The translations under genes and the position numbers were made by a program. A stretch of DNA of 64,000 nt from Euryarchaeota archaeon UBA462 (lineage in GTDB: Archaea; Thermoplasmatota; Poseidoniia; Poseidoniales; Thalassarchaeaceae), in the NCBI GenBank assembly GCA_002506755.1, contig DAYD01000016.1, positions 2,853-66,852 of the forward strand, read 5' to 3'. Numbering within the stretch: the first letter of the stretch is position 1; each line of letters opens with the position of its first letter. Below, piece after piece: positions 1 to 9,645 of this stretch. The notes under the pieces are model-generated. The model was not told where the DNA came from, did no database searches, and worked only from the letters and a program-made list of their open reading frames with translations.

Positions 1-682
1 GTGCAATCTCCGTCGAGTATGCCAGGTAGCTAATCCTCGCCTCTAAGACCTCGATACCGGCTCGAGCTAGGCGAGACTCTACGGAAGTCTGCAGCTCCTC
101 GGCTACGATGTCCTGGTGGCTAGAGAGAGTGGTCCCACCTATGTCCTTCTCCTCTATTGCATCATACGGATACTTCGTGGCCATCGCACGGAGAGCAGCC
201 TCACTCTGGATTTGCACATAATGATCGTAGTTCTCGACCTCGAAAAGCGCCTCGGCGGCATCATAAACCCTCCAGACTACTACCGCAGCGATATCGATTG
301 GGTTCGCGTTGACGTCATTGACCTTCAATTTGTTAGACTCGAAGTTGTTGATCCTCATTGAAACCCTGGTCTTGTTGTAGAGGGGATTTGGGAAGAACCG
401 AAACCCCTCATCCTTGAGTGTGGCTACATATTTGCCAAAGAATTGTACTGCGACCGCCTCATTAGGATTTACGATCACGTAGCTGTTCCACATCAGGAAC
501 CAAAGGGGCCCGGTAATTATCAACAAGATCCCCGCTGGGCCGCTTGCTGCCAATATAATATTGAGGATAGGGAGCAGAATTAAGTGTAATCCAATGCCTA
601 GGAATCCATTGATTGATTTTGCCTCAATATCTCGATACAAAGGTTCATCCTTGTTTCTTGATCCAACTTGGTTTTCTCGCAT
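1..682 (-). CDS. SPFH/band-7 (stomatin/prohibitin-like) domain protein, N-terminal part (gene runs off window start)
   Basis: Manual reverse translation from ATG (cat at 680-682) gives MRENQVGSRNKDEPLYRDIEAKSINGFLGIGLHLILLPIL... A TM helix is followed by an SPFH-like core ending ...ARAGIEVLEARISYLAYSTEIA. The ORF is open to position 1. It is not in the supplied track because it is incomplete. Confidence 0.55.
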   Translation of the reverse strand, partial: MRENQVGSRNKDEPLYRDIEAKSINGFLGIGLHLILLPILNIILAASGPAGILLIITGPLWFLMWNSYVIVNPNEAVAVQFFGKYVATLKDEGFRFFPNPLYNKTRVSMRINNFESNKLKVNDVNANPIDIAAVVVWRVYDAAEALFEVENYDHYVQIQSEAALRAMATKYPYDAIEEKDIGGTTLSSHQDIVAEELQTSVESRLARAGIEVLEARISYLAYSTEIA

Positions 683-785
683 AATTCCGTTAGAAGGTAT
701 TTTAGATTTAAGTTAGTCAGTATCATAAAGAACATAGATTGGAATCCAAGATATTCCGGAATAAGGGTTTATCAGTAAAAATAAT

Positions 786-1757
786 GTGTACACATTAATG
801 GATTATAGAATCCTCATTGTACTCCTTTTCACCTCATCATCGATTAGTGGTTGCATTGGGGCGATAGAGGAACGTGCCGAAGACACAGCGGTGCTGCCGA
901 TATCGGAAGACCCATGCATGATTCCCTCTATCCCTTCAACTCAGTCCCTATCTTCTATCGAGGTCGATGGTGTGGAACGGAATTTCAGGCTTTCTGTCCC
1001 CAGCTCCGATCCAGGAACTAGATTGCCTCTTGTCATCGCATTCCACGGAGGGACCGATTCGCAAGAGGATTTCGCGCAACAGGAGCAGTTCGACCAATTG
1101 GGTGAACAGGAGAAATTCATCATGGCATACGCCATTGCTGAGCAAGATAGGACCGCAGCAGAGGGCGAATGGTTCCTAAACACTGCAGCAACCTCGCTGG
1201 AAGACAATAATTTTGCAGAGAGTATTGTAGATGAGTTATCGAAATCCTACTGTGTAAATCAAAATAAACTGTACGCCATTGGGTATTCTCTTGGTGCAAT
1301 GTTCACCTACGAGATAGCCTGCCAACTAAATCACAGATTTGCAGCCACAGCGTCATTTGCGGGTACGATGCCAGTGAGTCCAGAGTCTTGTGATCTGACA
1401 AGCGGGATCTCTATAATGCACATTCATGGTAAGCTAGACTACATCATCTACTACCACCAAGACTGGGACTGGAAGGATGGGGAGCACGAGGGAGTGGGTA
1501 CTATGAGTGAGGTCCCAAACCTAATCGATTACTGGGCTGCTAAGTCCTCTTGCCAAGCGATTGCAGTCGAAACAAGCCTCACAGAGGAACATATTACCCA
1601 CAATGATTGCGTGGATGGTGTTGTTATCGAGCACTACGGTCTTCAGATCTGGGATCATAACTGGCCGGCTGAAGTCGATGGTGAGCCGACTTATGAGCTC
1701 ATGTGGAACTTTCTGAGTGAATTTTCAAAGGAATCCTCCGCAGTAGTGCAAGTGTAG
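786..1757 (+). CDS. secreted esterase, polyhydroxybutyrate-depolymerase/LpqC-like alpha/beta hydrolase
   Basis: Signal peptide with lipobox (SSISGC). Oxyanion-hole HGG (IAFHGGTD). Nucleophile elbow GYSLGA (GxSxG). Confidence 0.6.
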   Translation: MYTLMDYRILIVLLFTSSSISGCIGAIEERAEDTAVLPISEDPCMIPSIPSTQSLSSIEVDGVERNFRLSVPSSDPGTRLPLVIAFHGGTDSQEDFAQQEQFDQLGEQEKFIMAYAIAEQDRTAAEGEWFLNTAATSLEDNNFAESIVDELSKSYCVNQNKLYAIGYSLGAMFTYEIACQLNHRFAATASFAGTMPVSPESCDLTSGISIMHIHGKLDYIIYYHQDWDWKDGEHEGVGTMSEVPNLIDYWAAKSSCQAIAVETSLTEEHITHNDCVDGVVIEHYGLQIWDHNWPAEVDGEPTYELMWNFLSEFSKESSAVVQV

Positions 1758-1877
1758 CTCTTGATAGGGCATATTCTCCTAGTTGGTGCTCTCTAGCACA
1801 GATTGAATGCTAAGTCTTATTCACTGGATGGAATGATACCGGTAGAATTCTAATATTAGCACATCATCAAATGGTCT

Positions 1878-3062
1878 ATGCAAATCAGCGAGATACTTTC
1901 GCAATCTAAAGACATTCATGAATGGATAGTAGAAAAAAGGAGGGATATCCATCGGCATCCTGAATTGATGTACGAGGAGTTCGAAACAAGCAGGCTCGTT
2001 CAAAACACTTTGAAAGAGCTAGATATCCCGTATGAGAAAGAAATAGCGATAACAGGTGTTGTTGGGCTCATTGGAAATGGCACCGGCCCATGTATCGCAT
2101 TGAGGGCAGATATGGACGCTTTACCGATCCATGAAGAAGCAGATGTAGATTTTAGAAGTGAAATTGATGGTAAAATGCATGCCTGCGGTCATGATTGCCA
2201 CACTGCAATGCTTCTGGGAGCAGCGAAGGTCCTGAAACACAATGAACAGTCAATAGATGGCTCAATCAAACTAATCTTTCAACCTGCAGAAGAAGGGGGC
2301 GCGGGAGGGAAAATGATGAGAGAACAGGGGGTTTTGGAAGATCCCGAGGTGAGTCAAATTTTCGGGTTGCACGTCACCGACAAATTACCCGTGGGATCCC
2401 TAGCATCCACGGAAGGCACGCTATTAGCAGCGACATCATCAATCAAGATTCTAGTCAAGGGAGATGGAGGCCACGCGGCCATGCCTCATCTTACTATAGA
2501 TCCGGTGGTTACTGGGTCGAAGATAGTGGTCGAACTTCAAACCCTCATCTCCCGTGAAATAGATCCCTTGGAATCTGGTGTAATCAGTATCACCATGGCA
2601 AAGGCAGGTACTGCAACGAACGTGATCCCTTCTACAATGGAATTACAAGGAACAATAAGATCACTGACCAGCGAGGGCATTACTCAATTACAGAATCGAG
2701 TCAAAGAGGTAGCAGAATCAATATCTTTGGCGAATCGATGCGAGGCTGAGGTGACCTTTCCGGGGAATGATTTCCCCCCTACTGTAAATGATGCAGAATG
2801 TTGGCAGTTGAGCAAATCTGCAGCAGAAGAAATCCTCGGACACGGGATGGTTGCGGAAATGGGGCCAATAATGGGGGGTGAAGATTTTTCCTACTACACC
2901 CAAGTGATACCCGGGTGCTTTTCATTTATTGGCGTCGCCAATCCAGAGGCAGAGTCATATGGGGTGCATCACCCCAAGTTCAAGGTTGATGAAGATGCTT
3001 TATCTTTGGGAACCGCCATACATGTCAATACTGCCCTCAGTGCATTGAAGCGGGCGACATAG
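1878..3062 (+). CDS. M20 family amidohydrolase / peptidase M20D (aminoacylase-hippuricase type)
   Basis: Metal-binding motifs HACGHD and ...GGHAAMPH. Length 394 aa is typical of the M20D family. Confidence 0.8.
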   Translation: MQISEILSQSKDIHEWIVEKRRDIHRHPELMYEEFETSRLVQNTLKELDIPYEKEIAITGVVGLIGNGTGPCIALRADMDALPIHEEADVDFRSEIDGKMHACGHDCHTAMLLGAAKVLKHNEQSIDGSIKLIFQPAEEGGAGGKMMREQGVLEDPEVSQIFGLHVTDKLPVGSLASTEGTLLAATSSIKILVKGDGGHAAMPHLTIDPVVTGSKIVVELQTLISREIDPLESGVISITMAKAGTATNVIPSTMELQGTIRSLTSEGITQLQNRVKEVAESISLANRCEAEVTFPGNDFPPTVNDAECWQLSKSAAEEILGHGMVAEMGPIMGGEDFSYYTQVIPGCFSFIGVANPEAESYGVHHPKFKVDEDALSLGTAIHVNTALSALKRAT

Positions 3063-3245
3063 TCTTTCGGTGTTTGTGCAAATACACTTTACTCTAATTG
3101 ATGCATCTATCAGTAATGTGTTAGGGGTAATCCGATCATCAATACTCCTGCCATCTCTCCTTCTTTGGTATGATATCAAAGTCCAATCGCCTATGTGTGG
3201 TGAATCCTCGATCTACGAATACGCGTATACTACTTGCTAGAAATC

Positions 3246-3413
3246 CTATTTATCTCGACTTGGTGTTTGATAGATTGTAGCAAGATTTGACATCATCCAA
3301 GAAGACGCTGCGAGTAGTTGCAACCAATCTCCAATGTTGCTTATCCCATAGGCGAATACGCTGAGGATCCAACATAAGCTGGCAAGTGTCTGACCAAGCC
3401 AACTAGGACTCAT
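3246..3413 (-). CDS. possible small membrane protein (weak)
   Basis: Internal Met of the 90-aa track ORF gives MSPSWLGQTLASLCWILSVFAYGISNIGDWLQLLAASSWMMS..., a single predicted TM. No homology recognised. Confidence 0.15.
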   Translation of the reverse strand: MSPSWLGQTLASLCWILSVFAYGISNIGDWLQLLAASSWMMSNLATIYQTPSRDK

Positions 3414-3487
3414 GATTTTCTCAATTCGGGCCCCTCTTGGAATCCTTTCGGGCGTTTTGTTCTGTGAGCTCGAGTTGCTGTTTTGAC

Positions 3488-4654
3488 TCAACAAGAAACA
3501 CACTCCTGGCCGCAGCATGAAAGATCATCTAGATACATGCCCCATTGTCTGTAAGCTTCGACAAACTCATCAGTAGAGATATCCAGAGATGATGCTATGC
3601 TTTGTGCAACAACCGCAAAGCGTTGCCTGAACTTGAAAATAAAACAGAAATCATGATTGTCATGCCGGACAGACGGCCCGCACAGATACATTCCTGGCAC
3701 CTTAGTAGACTCATCGTACTCATTCAATAGAGGAAAACCGTCATCTCTCTCCTCAAAGAAGTGTGAGACTAAGGTGTGACTTCCAATAAAACCGCTTGCC
3801 AAAAGGGGCTGCGTTTTAGATTTGAACAATTGGCCATCCTCCGTCTTCAACTCATATGTGTCAGCAATCAGATCCAACGAGACAACTGGTTTTTCTGGAA
3901 ACAGCTCAACATTCTCCTCGAAGCTCAACTCCCTCATTCTTTCATATGTGAAGGTGGACAATGAAGTACTAGGGTCTGAGCTGTCAAGTCCCCAAGGGTC
4001 TTCCTTGTCAAAGATAGTCACCTTTTTGCCACGCTTTGCTAAATGGTAGGCAGCATCAACTCCGCTCTCGTACCCCCCAACAATCAGGAAGTCGTCACCT
4101 TCCAAATCGGCATAATTAGCTAAGCTCGCAGTGTGGCGACATAATTCGCTCCCAGCAAACCCGCCCAATTGAGGATAAAGAAACTCGCCAGCCGCCCAAA
4201 TTATGTGTTTTGAAGAGATTGTCCAGTCTTCGGTTTCAACAGAAAATATGCCCTCTTCATGGACAATTTGCTTAACCTCGGAGTTTTCTTCTACCCTTAA
4301 TTCGAAGAAATCAACGAGATCCTTCAGGTGTTCGGCATATTCTCTCCCAGTAGGGTGCTCGACCCTCATGTTGTAAGCGGGGGAGACGCCGACTGCGATA
4401 GAGTTTAGATCGAGCATGCCTATTGAATTACTTGGGAAGGATGGTGTGATGAAGCGTGTCTCCTCAGTCCATGAAGAGAAGGAAGCGCCCACTGTCTCCC
4501 TCTCGATAATTATGAAATTACCTACCCCTGCGTGAGCAAGAGCAATTCCTACTCCCACTCCTGCTGCACCAGCACCGACTACAATGACATCAAACAATTT
4601 CGATTTTCCTTCTGCCGATTCCGAAATCTGCTCTGCGTCCGCTGAAGCAACCAT
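3488..4654 (-). CDS. FAD/NAD(P)-binding oxidoreductase (flavin monooxygenase/YpdA-like, COG2072-type)
   Basis: N-terminal Rossmann motif VIVVGAGAAGVGVGIALA. Second dinucleotide motif LIVGGYESGVDAAYHLA. Confidence 0.6.
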   Translation of the reverse strand: MVASADAEQISESAEGKSKLFDVIVVGAGAAGVGVGIALAHAGVGNFIIIERETVGASFSSWTEETRFITPSFPSNSIGMLDLNSIAVGVSPAYNMRVEHPTGREYAEHLKDLVDFFELRVEENSEVKQIVHEEGIFSVETEDWTISSKHIIWAAGEFLYPQLGGFAGSELCRHTASLANYADLEGDDFLIVGGYESGVDAAYHLAKRGKKVTIFDKEDPWGLDSSDPSTSLSTFTYERMRELSFEENVELFPEKPVVSLDLIADTYELKTEDGQLFKSKTQPLLASGFIGSHTLVSHFFEERDDGFPLLNEYDESTKVPGMYLCGPSVRHDNHDFCFIFKFRQRFAVVAQSIASSLDISTDEFVEAYRQWGMYLDDLSCCGQECVSC

Positions 4655-4882
4655 ACTTCTGCGAAAATTAATAGTACTTTAAACAAAACTAATAATATAC
4701 TGTATCAAGATTATTACAATGCAAATTAATATCCGTGCTATATATGCCAATTTTCTCTGCATCCCTACTGACTCAGAAGTGCAAATTAAGGCCCCTGTGT
4801 GTCGAGTTAGCTAGATAATTATCACATTCTATTCAATTAATCATCTGCAAATTAGTGGTCCGATGTCATCCGTCAAACTTGA
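4655..4882. promoter_or_regulatory. AT-rich divergent intergenic region with TATA-like boxes (bidirectional promoter candidate)
   Basis: Contains ctTTTAAAcaaaac and gcTATATAtgcc between the divergently oriented genes at 4654(-) and 4883(+). AT content is far above the flanks. Confidence 0.3.
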
Positions 4883-5800
4883 TTGCGGCCACCCTCTCCC
4901 ACACCTGTGGGTAATCCGATTATTGAAGCACAGGAAAGCGGGTATCTGATCGATATCCTTTCGATACTTCACCCTAGAGCCAAGAAAAACTCCCTACGCC
5001 GCATGATCGATCATGGACGCGTTCTTGTTAACGGAAAAAAGGCTACTCGGGCAAAAGAGACTGTTTCCACCGGTACTCTTGTGGAGACTCTTTCTAGAAA
5101 AGAAATTGAACGACCCGGGCGCAGTGGTGAAAAGACCCCCAACCCAGTGATTCTGTACGAGGATGACGAATTGATTGTTGTCGACAAGCCCCCGGGTCTG
5201 CTTTCCGTAGCCACACCAATGGGAGAATCAGACACAATGTTCGATCAAGTTTTGAATTTTGTGTCAAAAAATCAATCCAAGCGAACTCATCTTGTTCATC
5301 GTCTAGACAGGGAAACATCCGGGTGCATGATACTAGCAAAGTCTCCTCAAGTCAGAGATTTCCTTCAAAGCCAATTCAAAGACCGGTCCGTAGAGAGAAT
5401 ATACCATGCGGTGGTTTTCGGGAAGCCTGCTGTTGAGTCAGGCGTTGTAACCTCTCGCATACAGGAGTCCAGAGACAAGAGGGTTAGATTAGTGCCGAAG
5501 GGCGAAACAGGTGGGAAGGAAGCGATAACCAACTGGCGATTGGAAAAGTCTGCACCAATTCATAGCCTAATAAGAATAAAGATCGACACAGGGAGGAGGG
5601 CCCAGATACGACTCCACATGGGTGAAATCGGGTGTCCAGTGGTTGGAGACACTAGATATGGTCGCGGTAAGGCAAGCGTTAACAGGCTGTGCTTGCATGC
5701 TTCCGAAATTCAGTTTGAACACCCGAATGGACAAAGAATTAGAGTCAAGAGTAGTTTGCCAGACAAGCTATACTCAGAGTTGAAGCGCAAATCATTATGA
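4883..5800 (+). CDS. RluA-family pseudouridine synthase with N-terminal S4 domain
   Basis: S4-like N-terminus (LRRMIDHGRVLVNGKKA). Catalytic motif HRLDRETSGCMILAK. Confidence 0.8.
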   Translation: MRPPSPTPVGNPIIEAQESGYLIDILSILHPRAKKNSLRRMIDHGRVLVNGKKATRAKETVSTGTLVETLSRKEIERPGRSGEKTPNPVILYEDDELIVVDKPPGLLSVATPMGESDTMFDQVLNFVSKNQSKRTHLVHRLDRETSGCMILAKSPQVRDFLQSQFKDRSVERIYHAVVFGKPAVESGVVTSRIQESRDKRVRLVPKGETGGKEAITNWRLEKSAPIHSLIRIKIDTGRRAQIRLHMGEIGCPVVGDTRYGRGKASVNRLCLHASEIQFEHPNGQRIRVKSSLPDKLYSELKRKSL

Positions 5801-5822
5801 TTATGTTATCTATAGGATTGTT

Positions 5823-6512
5823 ATGGTCAGCTTGGATGATGCCGTGCTGGCTAGGCTAGAAAAAGGTGGAAAAAGGTACGAGATCCTGGTAGATCCCGAT
5901 CTTGTTGAAAAATGGAAGGAAAATCAAGATTCGGTATCTTTTCCAGAATTACTGGCCACTGAAGAGGTTTGGTCCGACGCGAAATCCGGTGAGAGGCCTA
6001 CCAGCGAGTCTCTGGAGAACATTTTCGGAACCACCGATGTAATGGAGTGTGCTAGGAAAATCCTCAGAGAAGGAAGCATACAGTTGACCACTGCTCAAAG
6101 GAAGAAGATGGTGGGGGAAAAGAAGCTCCAGATAGTCAATGAGATAGCCACAACGGCCACAGACCCCAAAACAAAACTACCTCACCCTAGAACAAGGATT
6201 GAGAACGCATTGGAAGAAATACGTTTTTCTGTGGATCCGTTCAAGTCGGTAGAGAGCCAAGTGGAAGACGCCGTCTCATCATTGAGACCTGTTATACCGC
6301 TACAGTTCATTACCATCAGATTGGCTTTCAAGGTAGAAGGTAAGGACTTCGGGGGAGTGAGCAACCTACTCAGGCACTCAATTCAGAAAGAGGAATGGAC
6401 CCCGGATGGCTCTTGGGTGTGTGTTGTTTCGGTTCCCGGGGGGATGAAGAACGACATCATCGGAAAGGTAGCTTCAAGATCCCCGAACGTGGAAGTTAAG
6501 GAATTGGACTGA
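5823..6512 (+). CDS. sdo1: ribosome maturation protein SBDS/Sdo1
   Basis: N-terminal SBDS signature MVSLDDAVLARLEKGGKRYEILVDPD. Sits at the head of the exosome superoperon. Confidence 0.85.
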   Translation: MVSLDDAVLARLEKGGKRYEILVDPDLVEKWKENQDSVSFPELLATEEVWSDAKSGERPTSESLENIFGTTDVMECARKILREGSIQLTTAQRKKMVGEKKLQIVNEIATTATDPKTKLPHPRTRIENALEEIRFSVDPFKSVESQVEDAVSSLRPVIPLQFITIRLAFKVEGKDFGGVSNLLRHSIQKEEWTPDGSWVCVVSVPGGMKNDIIGKVASRSPNVEVKELD

Positions 6513-6541
6513 TCATTAGCCAATATACTACGTCAACGGTT

Positions 6542-7240
6542 ATGAATGGTGGGCCGGTCGCGCGGCCCGATAGTATGACAAAAGGTAAGAGAGCGACAGG
6601 GTCGCGAAATCATGGGCGAGCAAGTTTGCTTGTCATTCCTGGGGAGGACCTAGGAGATTCAGAAGGAAAAGAACCCGGACATGGAGTCATATCCACGGGT
6701 GGTAGATTGAAAGCGGTTAAGAGAGGAATGCTAAGAGATGGCGGCGGAGCAATATCAGTAGAGCCAACACACACTACTTACTTCCCAAGGCCGGGAGACT
6801 TAGTTATAGGATACATCGAGGGCTGTACGAACAACCTGTGGTTTGTAGAGCTAGGGGCACCTTTCAACGCCATCCTGCCAATGAGCTTAGGTCCTGGAAA
6901 GATCGATTTTGGAGGTACTAGGTCTGTCATGGACATAGGAGATGCAATAATCTGCAGGATCCAGGAAGTAGAGGAAACACATTCAAGCGTCGTGACCATG
7001 AAAGGAATGGGTCTTCGCAAGATTAGGTCTGGAGTTGTTGAGGAGGTAGACCCTCACTTGCTCGGAAGGCTAATTGGAAAGGGCGGGGAATCACTGAGAA
7101 GGATGAAAGAGGATACAGCATGCCGAATAGTAGTGGCAGACAACGGCAGGATGTGGATTGACGGAGAGCTAGATGGAATCCTGGAAGTAAGGAGAAAGCT
7201 CAACGAATTATCATCAATAGCTAAGGGAGGTGGAAACTGA
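6542..7240 (+). CDS. rrp4: exosome complex RNA-binding protein Rrp4 (S1 + KH)
   Basis: S1 region (GDLVIGYIEG...). KH GxxG loop LIGKGG. Position between SBDS and Rrp41. Confidence 0.8.
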   Translation: MNGGPVARPDSMTKGKRATGSRNHGRASLLVIPGEDLGDSEGKEPGHGVISTGGRLKAVKRGMLRDGGGAISVEPTHTTYFPRPGDLVIGYIEGCTNNLWFVELGAPFNAILPMSLGPGKIDFGGTRSVMDIGDAIICRIQEVEETHSSVVTMKGMGLRKIRSGVVEEVDPHLLGRLIGKGGESLRRMKEDTACRIVVADNGRMWIDGELDGILEVRRKLNELSSIAKGGGN

Positions 7241-7956
7241 TGGGAGGATACGGAGACGTCCAGATGATCGATGAAAATGGAATCAGAGTTGATGGCAGGG
7301 GTCCCGCAGACATCAGGCCAATCACAATCGAGACAGGCGTGGTGCCTGTTGCAGATGGTTCCTGTAGGATGACATGGGGGACAAATGAGGCAATAGTAGC
7401 CGTTTACGGGCCCATGGAGGCCCACCCCCGGAAGATTCAGAGGCAGGACAGAGCAGTTCTTGACGTAGCTTACAACATGGCGCCGTTCTCAACAACCGAC
7501 AGGATGAGGCCAGGTTTCAACAGAAGGAGCAGGGAAGTAAGCAAAGTCACAAAAGATGCCCTAGAAAGCGTCGTAATGTTAGAGCTCTACCCCAGATCGA
7601 AAATAAGGATCAATATAGAGATAGTTTCTGCCGAGGCCGGGACAAGGTGCGTAGGGCTTACCGCAGCGTCTGTAGCTCTCGCTGATGCCGGTATTCCAAT
7701 GACAGAAATGGTAGTCAGCGTCGCCAGCGGGAAAATAAACGACATAGTCGTATGCGATCTAAACAAAGAGGAGGACAACTACGGCGAAGCAGATCTGCCA
7801 ATGGGGATCCTCCCCAATACCGGCGAGTTGGTTTTCCTCCAAATGGATGGAGATCTTTCACAAGACGAATTCAAGCAAGCTTGGCAATATAATATGGATG
7901 CCTCGAAGGAAATCCACAAAATAATGGTCGACGCACTGAGGGGGAACAGCTCATGA
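7240..7956 (+). CDS. rrp41: exosome complex exonuclease Rrp41 (RNase PH domain)
   Basis: GIRVDGRGPADIRPI... RNase PH fold motifs. Start overlaps the rrp4 stop (ATGA). Confidence 0.85.
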   Translation: MGGYGDVQMIDENGIRVDGRGPADIRPITIETGVVPVADGSCRMTWGTNEAIVAVYGPMEAHPRKIQRQDRAVLDVAYNMAPFSTTDRMRPGFNRRSREVSKVTKDALESVVMLELYPRSKIRINIEIVSAEAGTRCVGLTAASVALADAGIPMTEMVVSVASGKINDIVVCDLNKEEDNYGEADLPMGILPNTGELVFLQMDGDLSQDEFKQAWQYNMDASKEIHKIMVDALRGNSS

Positions 7957-8732
7957 GTATCCCGATCGTTCCCAACCTGCTGAGAGACCACTTATCCGCT
8001 CTGGCACATAGTGACGAGAGGATAGATGGTAGAGGGCAGTGGGAGGGAAGGCTGCTCGAGGTTGAACACTCAATACTCCCGCGAGCAGAGGGATCGGCCA
8101 GGGTAAGAATGGGCGACACTATCGTTCTAGCAGGTGTAAAATTCCAAATTATGCAACCTTACCCAGATAGGCCAAACCAAGGCGGATTGATGTGCTCGGC
8201 CGAGGTTAGGCCCGTAGCTGGTAGGAACTGGGAGGCTGGACCGCCGAGCCCCGAATCCATTGAACTTGGTAGAGTAGTGGACAGAGGAATCAGGGAGTCC
8301 GGTTGTATCGATGTTGACTCTCTTTGCATAATTCCCGGTGAGAAGGCATGGCAAGTAATTTTGGATTTGTTTGCAGTATCAGACGATGGCAACCTATTCG
8401 ATGCATTTGCTCTGGCAGGAATTGTAGCCCTTCGTAATGCTACTGTTCCTGCTGAAAGGTTTGAGGTCGGGGATGATTACCCTCTTGGAGTTTCAAAATC
8501 CCCAATAATGTGTTCATACCACAAGGTTGGTGGCCGCTTTGTCTACGACGCTGACTCAAGGGAGGAATTGGGTGGTGACGAGAGAATTCACATAACTTTG
8601 GGAGACGATGACAATGTGCACTCTCTTCAGAAGGGTCTAAAGGGGATTTTCACGACGGATGAATTCCAAGAAATAATGGATAATGCCAGGAAAAGGACCA
8701 AAGAAATCAGAGAAGTTATGGATTCATTGTAG
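7953..8732 (+). CDS. rrp42: exosome complex subunit Rrp42 (inactive RNase PH-like)
   Basis: RIDGRGQWEGR... RNase PH-like. Translationally coupled to rrp41 (4-nt overlap). Confidence 0.8.
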   Translation: MSIPIVPNLLRDHLSALAHSDERIDGRGQWEGRLLEVEHSILPRAEGSARVRMGDTIVLAGVKFQIMQPYPDRPNQGGLMCSAEVRPVAGRNWEAGPPSPESIELGRVVDRGIRESGCIDVDSLCIIPGEKAWQVILDLFAVSDDGNLFDAFALAGIVALRNATVPAERFEVGDDYPLGVSKSPIMCSYHKVGGRFVYDADSREELGGDERIHITLGDDDNVHSLQKGLKGIFTTDEFQEIMDNARKRTKEIREVMDSL

Positions 8733-8740
8733 GTGGAAAT

Positions 8741-9109
8741 ATGGCAAAAAGGACTCAGAAAGCTGGAGCCACAGCCCGGTTTGGGCCAAGGTATGGTGTT
8801 AGTGTTAGGCGCAGAGCAGGTTCTGCGATGGCTAAGAAATCAAGATGGTACACTTGCCCCAAATGTCATTATGTAAAGGTAAGAAGGAAAGCAGCTGGAA
8901 TTTGGGACTGTAAGAAGTGCGACTACACATTCTCCGGAGGCGTTTGGGAACCCTACACCAGGGCAAGCGATGCTAACAGAAGAATTGTTAGAAGGTCAAT
9001 GGAAGGCGCCACTGCCACTGACATGGCAGTAATTGCGCAACAGGCTGCACTAGATTACGAGAAAAAGCTTAGCGAGAGAGACTCAGATGAAGGATCAGAA
9101 GAGGAATAA
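8741..9109 (+). CDS. rpl37ae: ribosomal protein L37ae (eL43) with acidic C-terminal extension
   Basis: C4 zinc ribbon CPKCHYVKVRRKAAGIWDCKKCDYTFSGG. About 30 extra acidic residues (...SERDSDEGSEEE) beyond the usual ~90 aa. Confidence 0.85.
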   Translation: MAKRTQKAGATARFGPRYGVSVRRRAGSAMAKKSRWYTCPKCHYVKVRRKAAGIWDCKKCDYTFSGGVWEPYTRASDANRRIVRRSMEGATATDMAVIAQQAALDYEKKLSERDSDEGSEEE

Positions 9110-9300
9110 CTCTGTCGGACTTACTCTTTTGCTAGAGCATAGCGAACCTGGTGCACTCTCGTCTGGTCTAATTACGGAGGCAGACTTTTCATATTCCGAT
9201 GATGAGATCTCGATTTCACTGAAATCTGATTCATTCACTGATCTGAGAGCGAGATGGAATTCAGTTATGAGAGGTTTAATTGCCTCGGAGCAATCCATAG

Positions 9301-9645
9301 ATGCCACAAGAGGGGGGGATTAGGATTAGCGAAAAGGTCTCTGCAGAGGATATTCAGTCCTTGGCCCGAGAGCTACAGCTGATCCGTAATCAAATCCAAA
9401 CCGTGTCATCGCAGGTGTCTGAATACTCGATTACGATAGAGGCTCTATCTACACAAGACCCTAACAGGCCAGTATTCCGATCATTGGGAAACCTACTCCT
9501 TGAAGTGGAGGATAGAGAAACGCTAGAATCCGAAATCTCCCAAGCGAAGGAAGCATTGGATGAGCACCTGATGAGGCTTATAGAGAGGGAGGAAAGCCTC
9601 AGGGAACAGTACGAGACAAAGGCTAGCCAGTTTGAAAGGGGGTAA
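9301..9645 (+). CDS. pfdB: prefoldin beta subunit
   Basis: 114-aa coiled-coil protein. It occupies the position of pfdB in the archaeal exosome/proteasome superoperon. Confidence 0.65.
   Translation: MPQEGGIRISEKVSAEDIQSLARELQLIRNQIQTVSSQVSEYSITIEALSTQDPNRPVFRSLGNLLLEVEDRETLESEISQAKEALDEHLMRLIEREESLREQYETKASQFERG

Noticed and set aside
116-361. 81-aa + strand ORF at window start
   Set aside because: It lies antisense inside a well-supported SPFH/band-7 CDS on the - strand and has no motif. It is a chance open frame.
9087-9323. 78-aa ORF in the position where rpoP is expected
   Set aside because: No Cys-pair zinc ribbon. It is acidic and low-complexity, and it overlaps the L37ae C-terminus in another frame. 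Not RpoP.
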